A DNA stretch of 11,388 nucleotides from Planctomycetota bacterium (GTDB lineage Bacteria; Planctomycetota; SZUA-567; H5-PLA8): assembly GCA_045863855.1 (NCBI GenBank), contig BTVV01000167.1, positions 1 to 11,388 of the forward strand, written 5' to 3'. Shown here piece after piece: positions 1 to 7,833 of the stretch (positions are counted from its first letter, which is position 1; each line of letters begins with the position of its first letter). The position numbers and the translations under genes are program-made. The notes under the pieces were generated by a model. That model searched no databases. It was not told the origin of the DNA and saw nothing but the letters and a program-made list of their open reading frames with translations.

Positions 1-2
1 CA

Positions 3-194
3 TCCCGCGCCAAGCGGCTTCTTAAGGTTGGCTGGATCACCTATGGTGGGCGCATGCTATCGTTTGCTATGAAGTGCGTCTCGCTACCCGAAGAGGAACG
101 TGAGGTACGAGTAGACAAGAACGCCGGTAACTCCGCAAATGAAGCAGAATTCGATGAAATTCGCGGTGCTCAGGTCTTCGATTTTGAAATGTAG
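3..194 (+). CDS. Possible 3' end of a CDS entering from the left edge (hypothetical)
   Basis: The frame starting at position 3 is open to TAG at 192-194 (...EEEREVRVDKNAGNSANEAEFDEIRGAQVFDFEM*). No family recognised. Confidence 0.35.
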   Translation, partial: SRAKRLLKVGWITYGGRMLSFAMKCVSLPEEEREVRVDKNAGNSANEAEFDEIRGAQVFDFEM

Positions 195-385
195 ATCAGG
201 ATTATGAAACTGTTCGTCGTCCTGAAACATGGTAAGTCCTCCACTTTTGGGAAAAGCGAAATTACGGAAGCGCAGGCACGACTTCCTAGTCTATGCGATC
301 CTTCCCATGAGCATTCTTTCGCTGCTCAACCGACGCCCAACTTCCTAAAGATGCTCCCATTAAAAGCCTTTCTAGTGGGCGATGA

Positions 386-450
386 CGGGTGAGAACAAAA
401 CTTCGAAACGCCTAAACGCCCGGACGGTCCAGAGCAGTGTTTGGTTCGGC
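386..450 (-). other. Degenerate or partial integron attC-like site overlapping the GTPase 3' end
   Basis: The minus strand reads GCCGAAC-CAAAC-ACTGCTCT-GGACCG...GCGTTTAGGCGTTTCGAAGTTTTGTTCTCACCCG, i.e. an R''-like box, a 5-nt spacer and an L''-like box. The protein tail AEPNTALDRPGV resembles the AEPxxAxDR tails produced when cassette ORFs read into attC. No well-matched L'/R' half is present. Confidence 0.4.
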
Positions 451-1578
451 GTTCTGACTGATTAGGAACTCGCTCACTTCGCGCGCCGCCTTCTCGCAGT
501 CGTCTATTAGCTGCCCTCCAAAGTATCTGGTGAGTTGCCAACCAAGGTACGCGGCGACCGCTTGGCCAACGATGGGAATCCACTTGGAAACCGCTTTGGC
601 CGCGACCCTTGTCCCAAACCGTTTGAACAAGGCAATGATGGCCTCCTTGGCCAAGTATTCGACAACGGGCTTCGCAATCTTATGAACAATTTGCACTGCA
701 CCAGCAGTTGGGATGTGACGAGTCCTATATTCTAATTGATCGTCTCGTAGCCCATAAGCGGAAGTAACGAAGCGCGCCATTATCGCCAGCGTGCCGACAT
801 CGACACTAATGTCGAGTCCCGGTATGGGGTTCAAGCCATTGGCCGCTGACACGAGCGCGCATCGATCAACGATCTTCTCGACTGCTTCGCGCTTTTTTTT
901 GAGGAGATCCTCCGTCAAGGCGGCGACTACCATCACCGCCTTATCATGCTTCCATCCGGACAGCGAATTGGTGATGTCCTCGACCAGCTTGCCCAAGTCG
1001 TATCTGCACGGACCCTTCAGGGCCACTATGTAAGGATACAGGTCTTGGTCGACCTTCAGCTGCTTGCGGATGTCCTTCTCGATTAACTTACGGGCCTCAG
1101 CCTCGGAAGTCTCGTCGACCACCTGGTCAAAGTGCGTCCGCACGACGAAGACAGGACGGCCATTCTCCTTCCACAGTCTCCGGTACAGCTCTTCGTCCCC
1201 TTCCCGAATCCGTTTGTCGGAGATCAGGACGAAAACATCATATTTATCTTTGTCCAGCAGCCCCTGCTTCTCGATGTAGCACTCTCGTGGGTGATTCGGC
1301 GTCCCACAGCCAGGCAGATCCCAGAACACCAGCCCGGTGTCCCTGTACGGCACTCTCAGCGCCTGCTGAGTGATTTCCCCTGTGCCGCCCGTTTCCGCAA
1401 CTTTAGACCCGACGATGGCGTTCATAAGGCTGGACTTGCCTACACCCGTTTCACCGATGAGGGCGATGTGGACCTCGGCCTTACTGAACCCTTTCAGCTC
1501 CGCTTGCGCCTTTTCGCTCCGAGAGCTGAGTTCACGCTTCAGGTGTTCGTCGGGCGATGACATTTCGGGGCTCTCCAT
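412..1578 (-). CDS. Immunity-related GTPase (IRG/IIGP)-like P-loop GTPase with DUF697-like helical C-terminus
   Basis: G1 IALIGETGVGKSSLMNAI; G3 FWDLPGCGT; YDVFVLISDKR segment; G4-like FVVRTHFD; C-terminal KKKREAVEKIV...NPIPGLDISVD and KWIPIVGQAVAA hydrophobic helices. 388 aa. Confidence 0.85.
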   Translation of the reverse strand: MESPEMSSPDEHLKRELSSRSEKAQAELKGFSKAEVHIALIGETGVGKSSLMNAIVGSKVAETGGTGEITQQALRVPYRDTGLVFWDLPGCGTPNHPRECYIEKQGLLDKDKYDVFVLISDKRIREGDEELYRRLWKENGRPVFVVRTHFDQVVDETSEAEARKLIEKDIRKQLKVDQDLYPYIVALKGPCRYDLGKLVEDITNSLSGWKHDKAVMVVAALTEDLLKKKREAVEKIVDRCALVSAANGLNPIPGLDISVDVGTLAIMARFVTSAYGLRDDQLEYRTRHIPTAGAVQIVHKIAKPVVEYLAKEAIIALFKRFGTRVAAKAVSKWIPIVGQAVAAYLGWQLTRYFGGQLIDDCEKAAREVSEFLISQNAEPNTALDRPGV

Positions 1579-1691
1579 GACGTTGAGTAGACGGCTTACT
1601 CACACATCCTACAGCCCGATTGCGGCGGGCTATGCATGCCCGGCGAACTATCCATTACCCAATGGCATGAGCGGCAAGCTGCCTCCTTACT

Positions 1692-2138
1692 TCAATATTC
1701 CGTTACTTGTTTCGTGTTTCGCAGCCGTTCGATTTCGTTGCGCATGCGCTCCATCTCCGCCTGTTGCTGTTCCAGCAACTTCAGCATGCGCTCTTGTTGT
1801 TGCGCCGTCGCCGCTGACTGCTCGACCTGTATCTGGCCGAGCCCGCTGTTTGTCGGCGGCGAGGTATAGACAAGCCCCGGACTCGCTACCGCGCCGGGTA
1901 CGCCACGTGCCGCCCGTTCTTCGTTCGCCCAGAAGTATCCGACGGAACCGGGCTCGTAGTTCTCGCTTTCGAACGTGCGGTAAAACCCGCCTTCCCCGTC
2001 CGCCTGAGACGTGTGGCTGTAGCCGCCAGTACGAAAATACAGGAAGCCTACGATGATCACGACAAGCCAGAACCAACCCCAGCCTCCGCCTTCTTTCTCT
2101 TCGTCTTCTTCGTTTCTTCCTCCATTGCGCTGCCGCAT
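1692..2138 (-). CDS. Hypothetical single-pass membrane protein with C-terminal coiled coil
   Basis: ATG at 2138 is preceded by GGAG (TGGAGAATAACCATG). Charged N-terminus, TM segment WGWFWLVVIIVGFLYF, and a Q/E/R-rich heptad C-terminus (QQQERMLKLLEQQQAEMERMRNEIERLRN). 148 aa. Confidence 0.7.
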   Translation of the reverse strand: MRQRNGGRNEEDEEKEGGGWGWFWLVVIIVGFLYFRTGGYSHTSQADGEGGFYRTFESENYEPGSVGYFWANEERAARGVPGAVASPGLVYTSPPTNSGLGQIQVEQSAATAQQQERMLKLLEQQQAEMERMRNEIERLRNTKQVTEY

Positions 2139-2222
2139 GGTTATTCTCCATCGCCAAGGACGAAGCACGTCATAAGGCGCATTCCCACGCACATTGAGGG
2201 GTATACCATCGGCTTCGATAAT

Positions 2223-2249
2223 TACAATCGTGTAGTTTGACTACTTGTA
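2223..2249. promoter_or_regulatory. Candidate operator in the divergent promoter region
   Basis: AT-rich nested inverted repeat GTAGT-TTG-ACTAC (2232-2244) flanked by TACAA/TTGTA, lying between the divergent membrane-protein and XRE genes. Confidence 0.3.
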
Positions 2250-2303
2250 TCGTGTGTGTGCACCTGTTCCTGCCCGGATCGATTCCGTGCGAGGAGGGGT
2301 GTC

Positions 2304-2702
2304 ATGCCGAGACAGGCGAAGGCCCGGAGGAAGAAGTCCTCCCTGCAGCGTGCAGCAGTCGTGAAGCACTTCGGGCGGCGGGTCCGGGAACTGCGAGTTG
2401 GTCAGGGCATGAAACAAGCGGACCTGGCGCGCCGGGCCGCGTTCAGCATTAGCTACATGACGCGGTTGGAGAACGGGGATACAGAGCCGGGACTGGAATT
2501 GGTCTTGCGGATCGCCGAAGCGCTGGGCGTCGCCGCTCACGAACTCATTCAGGAAACGTCCGGCGATGCGTGGCCACAGATGGAAGCTCAAGCGCGACTG
2601 CGTTTGGAGGCCATCCTAAAACGACGTGATCGCGACGCGCTCGCAGCCGTCTTGCCGGTTCTCGCGCTTGCCGAGGAAGCCTCCGCGCGCCGAATGAAGT
2701 GA
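2304..2702 (+). CDS. XRE-family helix-turn-helix transcriptional regulator
   Basis: SD GAGGAGG precedes ATG 2304. The sequence FGRRVRELRVGQGMKQADLARRAAFSISYMTRLENGDTEPGLELVLRIAEALGV is a classic HTH_3/XRE pattern. 132 aa. Confidence 0.9.
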   Translation: MPRQAKARRKKSSLQRAAVVKHFGRRVRELRVGQGMKQADLARRAAFSISYMTRLENGDTEPGLELVLRIAEALGVAAHELIQETSGDAWPQMEAQARLRLEAILKRRDRDALAAVLPVLALAEEASARRMK

Positions 2703-2977
2703 TTCACCAGGGCGGCCTTCTCTGAAGGTGGCGACCCGCATGGGCTTAAACGCCTCCCGTCGAGAGCACTCTGGCTGATCCAAGAAAGTCTTCACTGCCA
2801 CATTTCACTACCGGCGAAATGCGAGGGTAAACCGCGACATGCAGCGACCACGGCTATGGGCGGGCCATTTTTTGCCTCCCAAAGGGGTATCGTTGGAGCA
2901 CGAGAATCCGGGCGCTGTGTACGAAGTTCAAGCATGACTAAAATCAGAGCCATTTTAGGGGGTAGGTTAGGCTACGC

Positions 2978-4096
2978 TATTACCCCGGCCGGTAAATGTC
3001 AGACAGGTTAGCCTGCGGCGTAACGAACGGATTTGTGCCGAAAGTATCTTTTTACCAGCTTCGGTTGTTTCTGCCGCCGGTGCAAGTATCCGCGAACTTG
3101 GCCGATCATCTGGTCCAGGTTTTCCGGGCGCTTCTTTCTCACCGCGTTGGTCTTCACGTCCTGGTTGAGCATTTCGTCGGGATTCAATTCCGGGCTTTAC
3201 GTCGGCAGAAAGAACAATTTCAGGCGGCCCCCTTGGCGGGCTACAAAGGCCTCCACCGCCTTGCTCCGATGCACCGCATGGCTGTCCACGATCAGAAAGA
3301 TCGGACGCTTCACCTGCTTGAGCAAACGGACCAAAAACTCCAAGAACACGTCCCGAGTGAACGCGCCCTTGAACACGCTGAAGTACAGGCGGCCCCGGTT
3401 GCTCAGCGCCGAGATCAGGTTGCACTTGAAGCGGTTTCCCGCCACCTCCACGACCGGCGTATGCCCGCGCAAGCCATACGTTCGGCCCAGTTGGTCATCC
3501 GAACGCAGGCCCATCTCGTCTTCCCAGAGGATGGCCGTGCCCCGGCGCGCCGCCTCGGCCCGTATCGCCGGATATCGTTCTTCCATCCAATGCCACACGG
3601 CCAGCGGATTCTGTTCGCGTGCCCGGCGCGCCGGCTTTTGCGGCGTGAAGTTAAGCTGCCTGAGCAGCCGGCCCACGCTCGAAAGCGCCAGCGTCACGTG
3701 GAAGCGCCGCTGGATCAGCGTGCGGACCGCTTCGCGCGTCCAAAGATAAAACGGCAGCTTCAACTGATCGGGATGACGGTCCAGAATGGCGCGCGCCACT
3801 TGCTGGCGCTGGCGGGGCTTGAGACGTCCGCTCCCCTTGGGTCGTCCGCGATGGGCGTAGGTGAGTGAGGCCGCGCCTGCGAGGCGGTACTGGGCCATCC
3901 AGAGATTCACCGTCTGCCGGGTAACCCCAAAGACCCGCGCCGCTTCGGTCTGGGTGGTCCCAGACAGCAAGGCGGCGACCACACGTTTGCGCAAATCGGA
4001 GAGGCTGGCCAGGCAGAGCCTTTTGGCGTTGGTGGGTTTCATGACCTCAAGTAGGCTGAACGGCCACTAGTCGGACATATTATGGCCTGATTAATA
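2978..4096 (-). mobile_element. IS630-family insertion sequence (~1.1 kb) with TA ends
   Basis: Imperfect terminal inverted repeats: left TATTACCCCGGCCGGTAAATGTCAGAC (from 2978) versus the reverse complement of the right end TATTAATCAGGCCATAATATGTCCGAC (ending 4096), 19/27 identical. Flanking TA dinucleotides (2978-2979, 4095-4096) fit IS630 target duplication. Encloses an IS630 transposase. Confidence 0.88.
3008..4042 (-). pseudogene. IS630-family transposase with an in-frame nonsense codon
   Basis: N-terminal HTH (QTEAARVFGVTRQTVNLW), winged HTH (LWTREAVRTLIQRRFHV...FTPQKP), DDE residues WEDE and IVDS. TAA at 3197-3199 replaces the Tyr of LPxYSPELNP. The frame continues SPELNPDEMLNQDVKTNAV...YFRHKSVRYAAG* to 3008. 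Confidence 0.9.
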
Positions 4097-4217
4097 ATTC
4101 AGTCTTTGGAACGATGCCGGCGGAAGGGGGAAATTGCAAGATGCGTGCGCACTTCAATAGAGCGCGCAATTATCCAGAAATCCTGCGAGAGCCCCTCCGT
4201 GTGTGCCCGGACGGCGC

Positions 4218-4739
4218 CTACCACAGGCACATGCCGGTTTTCCTACCTGATCGAGGGGGCGCCTGAAGTGAGAGTTCGTTGACGAATTGAATGGCTGCCC
4301 ACGTGCCCTTGGCAGCCGCAGCGTCGAATTCCCGCATGACTTTTCGAATGTAATCGCGTCCGCCTCCGCTCACTAAGCCAAGCAACAATTTCTTTTTGGC
4401 TTGAGCTAATTCCTGTTGGCGCTTGTTCTTAGCCTCCGAGACGCGACGCTGCTCCGCCAAGGCCAAGCGCGCTTTACGCTCGTCTTTCCAGCGCCGTAAT
4501 AAGGCGGCGACCGCACCAGCCACGTAGGGATCCCGGCCGATCCAGAGCGATCGATGCACCCGAAATCCGGACGCCGAATCCAGCTCTCGGTATCGGAGTC
4601 TGTAATGGTCGCCGCGCCGCTGAACGATCCCGTTTTGCTCTAAAACAGCACGCAGATCAATGAGGTACGCCTTCAGCATGCGTTCCGACTGGGGCTGAAA
4701 CGGGTCGGGCGGGCCGATCTTGTCTCGATTTACAGGCAT
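4218..4739 (-). CDS. Hypothetical basic protein, possibly nucleic-acid binding
   Basis: Strong SD GGAGGT before ATG 4739. Segment HYRLRYRE...RVHRSLWIG resembles small beta-sheet DNA-binding modules of mobile elements, followed by a basic helix. 173 aa. Confidence 0.6.
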   Translation of the reverse strand: MPVNRDKIGPPDPFQPQSERMLKAYLIDLRAVLEQNGIVQRRGDHYRLRYRELDSASGFRVHRSLWIGRDPYVAGAVAALLRRWKDERKARLALAEQRRVSEAKNKRQQELAQAKKKLLLGLVSGGGRDYIRKVMREFDAAAAKGTWAAIQFVNELSLQAPPRSGRKTGMCLW

Positions 4740-5343
4740 TCGACACCTCCGGGGCACAGATCGTCGTTGGCTGAGGGGACTGGGGAGCGCGGGTTTCCGG
4801 CACAGGCGGTTTGTACGGCGCGGAGGGCACCGGATTCTGCGGCTGAAGCAGTGGCTTAAAGCCGGCGAGTTTCTGCACGTGCATAATTCGCGCGTATCGC
4901 TCACAGAGATCAACTAGGCGCATTTCCATGCGCAAAAGTTTGCCCAATTCCTCGATCACCGCAGGCGACGGACGGAGCGTTACGTCTTCCTGCCCATTGT
5001 ACTGCGCCATCTGCTCGGCGATCAGCAACTGCCGAGTGAGCAGGAGCCGCGCGTCGTACTCGATCATGCAGCGAAATACAGCATCAATGAGTATGGGTAA
5101 ACCTTTGTCGGCGTTGGACTTGATTACCTCTTCCAGCAGGCGTTTTTTCTCGTTCGCCGTCTCGACGCAGGACATCCATCTACTCGACAAAGCATCGACG
5201 AGCGCACCGACCTGGCCGCCGCGCGCGAGCGCCTTGAGCCATTCGTTTGTGGGCATTTGGCTGGGGCACGGGCGGCGCGGACGGCGATGCTCGCGCGCTT
5301 CTTCCTGATACTCCGCGTAACCGTCGGGCACGTCATCGTCCAT
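4657..5343 (-). CDS. Hypothetical alpha-helical protein with Pro-rich tail
   Basis: SD GAGGT before ATG 5343 (GAGGTGTCACATG). Long protein-like ORF of 228 aa that overlaps the downstream gene by 83 nt. Confidence 0.65.
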   Translation of the reverse strand: MDDDVPDGYAEYQEEAREHRRPRRPCPSQMPTNEWLKALARGGQVGALVDALSSRWMSCVETANEKKRLLEEVIKSNADKGLPILIDAVFRCMIEYDARLLLTRQLLIAEQMAQYNGQEDVTLRPSPAVIEELGKLLRMEMRLVDLCERYARIMHVQKLAGFKPLLQPQNPVPSAPYKPPVPETRAPQSPQPTTICAPEVSNACKSRQDRPARPVSAPVGTHAEGVPH

Positions 5344-5977
5344 GTGACACCTCGTTTCCATCGCTCGAATTATAGCGTCCATAATCCCCAAAAAATAGCC
5401 TCCAGGGCGACGATTTCGCGCGAATCCGGACCCTGCCGGAAGCTGCCGTCGCGTCCTGGGCGGGTGTCAGTGAACCGCCGCATTCTTCGTACGAGACGGA
5501 CCAGTTGAGCGGGCTTTCGGGAGGACTTCCGGAGCGAAATCCGTGTCGATGCGCTCGGCTCATTCGGCCTAAACGCTCCGGGCGTGCATGGTCACTCAGC
5601 TAGCCGAACGTAAGACGCCTTTTGAATTCCAGGTGGGTGCGGTGGGTATATGGGACTAAGCCCCGGATACAAACCAGCGCGTGTTAACGCTCCAAGCCGA
5701 AAGATCGACGCGCGGCTCGGAGCGCATCCCGCTCCAGGCGGAGGACGGCACGGCTCAATAATACGGCTCGCGTGCCCAGGGACTCCGCTCCCGCGCAAAT
5801 GCATAGGCGCGGCGCTGCGGATCTGGCACGCCCTGCTCGAAGCGCTTGTATTCAGGGTCCGAAATTTACCCACTGAGCGTCGTAGGCGCACTAGCGAATG
5901 CGCCCTCCTGGAGTTGTAGTTGAATAGATTGTCCACAGACCATGGGATTATGACGCAAATGTGAAGCGAATATAGAG

Positions 5978-6589
5978 GTGAAGAACAACCTTAATCTGAG
6001 TACTATGGGATCGCACTTCGGGGTGACTGGAATGGAATATGAATCCTTAGTGCTTCCTTGCAACGGCGCAGAGTTGATTGTTCTCGCGAACACGATTCTG
6101 GCTGAGCATGCACCGAATTCGGGTGTTGAAGATGTGAAAGATGTTGGTGACGCCGCGGTTGTTTACACGCTCGCAAAATACGGTTTTAGAGGCAAGAAGC
6201 TGAATTGGAAGCCTTACAGGGATGGATGGCACTATGCGCCGCCCGGAGCTCCAGGAAAATCCTCTTCCTACCATGGCCAACTCGAACCGGCTCCCGCGCT
6301 GTTCCTAGCTCATGTAGACCATGAGAATGTGGCAACTGTCCACTGGAATCCGATACTGACCATGAAGGAGCTGCGCCAGGTCTTGCAATATCACAAAATC
6401 CTCCCCCTACAAAGATGTGCAGAGACGGATGGAGGCGGGAAAGCAAGGAGGCGGCCAGCAACCGAAAGGACTCTTTCAAAACGACTCCGCAACCTTGATG
6501 CTAGTCTTGTTGACAAGGGCAGCCAAGGTAGAGGCATTGCTGGCAGCATACGTTTAAGGGAAGCGTTTCGGGTCCTCAATCTCCCTTGA
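5978..6589 (+). CDS. Hypothetical protein
   Basis: 203-aa ORF in a more AT-rich segment with globular-looking composition. Start is uncertain (GTG 5978, ATG 6005 or ATG 6032). No motif recognised. Confidence 0.55.
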   Translation: MKNNLNLSTMGSHFGVTGMEYESLVLPCNGAELIVLANTILAEHAPNSGVEDVKDVGDAAVVYTLAKYGFRGKKLNWKPYRDGWHYAPPGAPGKSSSYHGQLEPAPALFLAHVDHENVATVHWNPILTMKELRQVLQYHKILPLQRCAETDGGGKARRRPATERTLSKRLRNLDASLVDKGSQGRGIAGSIRLREAFRVLNLP

Positions 6590-6751
6590 TCTGCTTTTCG
6601 GCCTGCCAGCACCTCCACTCTTAATAATGTGCTTAAGCATAATTGTGGTCTTGCAACCTATTATCGCTGTGTTGGTTATGGCGCTGATCGCTCGTCTTTA
6701 ATAATCCCACATCCGTGACAACCTGATTTCTTTCCCTGAAACTGCAAAAGC

Positions 6752-6860
6752 AGGGGTGATCGGGATCAGCCCGATAGTTGTGCTCCGCAGTCGCGCTCGC
6801 CTACCCGGTCACCCCCGTTTAAAGCGGCGCGATTGCGGAGCCATCCTAAGGGGTGATCAA
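6752..6860 (+). promoter_or_regulatory. Structured 5' leader (candidate cis-regulatory RNA) of the HTH-RT operon
   Basis: 15-bp stem GCTCCGCAGTCGCGC (6782-6796)/GCGCGATTGCGGAGC (6827-6841) with one G-U pair. Loop segment GGTCACCCC (6807-6815) is complementary to the GGGGTGATC core of AGGGGTGATC, found at 6752-6761 and at 6849-6858 (the SD region). Confidence 0.5.
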
Positions 6861-7103
6861 ATGCAACAGACCAACAGTGTAATTGCTGTCCCTCCTAGAC
6901 CCGTCCGCCGCTCGGTCCACGCGGATCTGCTGATATCGTACAATCTACCTCCCAACATTCGAGTTGCCGCCCAGGCATGCGGGATCCCGTACTCGACCTT
7001 GGTGACGCGCATCGCGCGAGGCAAAGATCTACTGGCACCGGTCCGGAAATATGGTCGGAGCCCGGAGATCTTCCCAAATGTGCAACGGTTCGGTGGCGCG
7101 TAA
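6861..7103 (+). CDS. Small HTH DNA-binding protein
   Basis: SD-like AAGGGGTGA before ATG 6861. NIRVAAQACGIPYSTLVTRIARG fits an HTH pattern. 80 aa. Confidence 0.65.
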   Translation: MQQTNSVIAVPPRPVRRSVHADLLISYNLPPNIRVAAQACGIPYSTLVTRIARGKDLLAPVRKYGRSPEIFPNVQRFGGA

Positions 7104-7158
7104 TTCCAACGTCTGTTCTGTGCAATGAACAATAGGCGATCGATTGAGAGGAACAGTC

Positions 7159-7824
7159 ATGGATCTCAAACAAGAATCACGCCGTCGGAAAACGCTGTCG
7201 GTCACCCGAGCCTGGAAGATTGGCGGTCTCGCCAAGAAGGAGCAGAAGAAGGCCGGCTGGGGCAGCTCGGTTTTGGAGCAACTCGCAGCGCGGAGTTTTA
7301 AAGGAATCGATTGCGCCGCCATCCTGCTGCAGTTGGTGCGCCTGCACGATCGGTGGTCGATCAAGCAGGCCCAGTTGGCGGATCGGATCGGCGTCAAAGT
7401 TCGCGACCTGCCGAACTTGCTGGCATTCGACGCGAGCCCGGCTGAGCGGCGCGAGATGGAGACGAATCCCGCGATCCGCCGGCGCGTGGGGAAACGGCTC
7501 AAACTCCAGCGCCAGATTTTCGCGGAGATCGAGGCAGGTGAGTTGACCGGATTTCGCGTACGTGAGCGAATCTCCACCCTCCGGAAACAACACGCGAACC
7601 TGTGGCCAGTCGGCTCACAGAAAGTGCTCCGTCTACGGGGCCATCGAGCCGCCTGCGAGCAGATCGAGGCGTTCCGCAGCGCGATGAAGGCGTCAAAGTC
7701 CGCATTGTTGCGCGACGCCAGCAAGGTCAGCAAGGACGTGAAGAATGCGATTGGGGAGTTGATGTTCGAAATCGAGGGCAAACTGGAAGCATTGGTAGCA
7801 AAGGTGAAACTGCTGGACCAGTAG
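7159..7824 (+). CDS. DUF1016_N/YhcG N-terminal-like domain protein with C-terminal coiled coil, no nuclease domain
   Basis: SD GAGAGGA before ATG 7159. AWKIGGLAKKEQKKAGWGSSVLEQLAARSFKG resembles the YhcG-N pattern YWxIGxxI...WGxxVIxxLAxDL...KGFS. Helical C-terminus. 221 aa. Confidence 0.65.
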   Translation: MDLKQESRRRKTLSVTRAWKIGGLAKKEQKKAGWGSSVLEQLAARSFKGIDCAAILLQLVRLHDRWSIKQAQLADRIGVKVRDLPNLLAFDASPAERREMETNPAIRRRVGKRLKLQRQIFAEIEAGELTGFRVRERISTLRKQHANLWPVGSQKVLRLRGHRAACEQIEAFRSAMKASKSALLRDASKVSKDVKNAIGELMFEIEGKLEALVAKVKLLDQ

Positions 7825-7833
7825 TCGAAGTCA

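Noticed and set aside
204..392. 62-aa plus-strand ORF
   Set aside because: Short with no recognisable motif. It cannot be supported from the sequence alone.
1370..2157. ORFs 1370-2056 (+) and 1687-2157 (-)
   Set aside because: They overlap better-supported genes and have Arg/Pro/Ser-rich composition typical of non-coding frames.
2967..3868. Long ORFs 2996-3868 (+), 3033-3749 (+) and 2967-3425 (-)
   Set aside because: Shadow frames of the GC-rich IS630 transposase. The true C-terminus continues in the transposase's own frame, so no programmed frameshift is needed.
5567..5584. Similarity to 410-426 (GCCTAAACGC..CCGG) as a possible att direct repeat
   Set aside because: Only 10 exact bases plus a gapped extension, which is plausible by chance in 11 kb of GC-rich DNA.
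5333..5936. Short ORFs in the 5.3-5.9 kb intergenic region
   Set aside because: No convincing SD or motif, mutually overlapping, and low-complexity translations.
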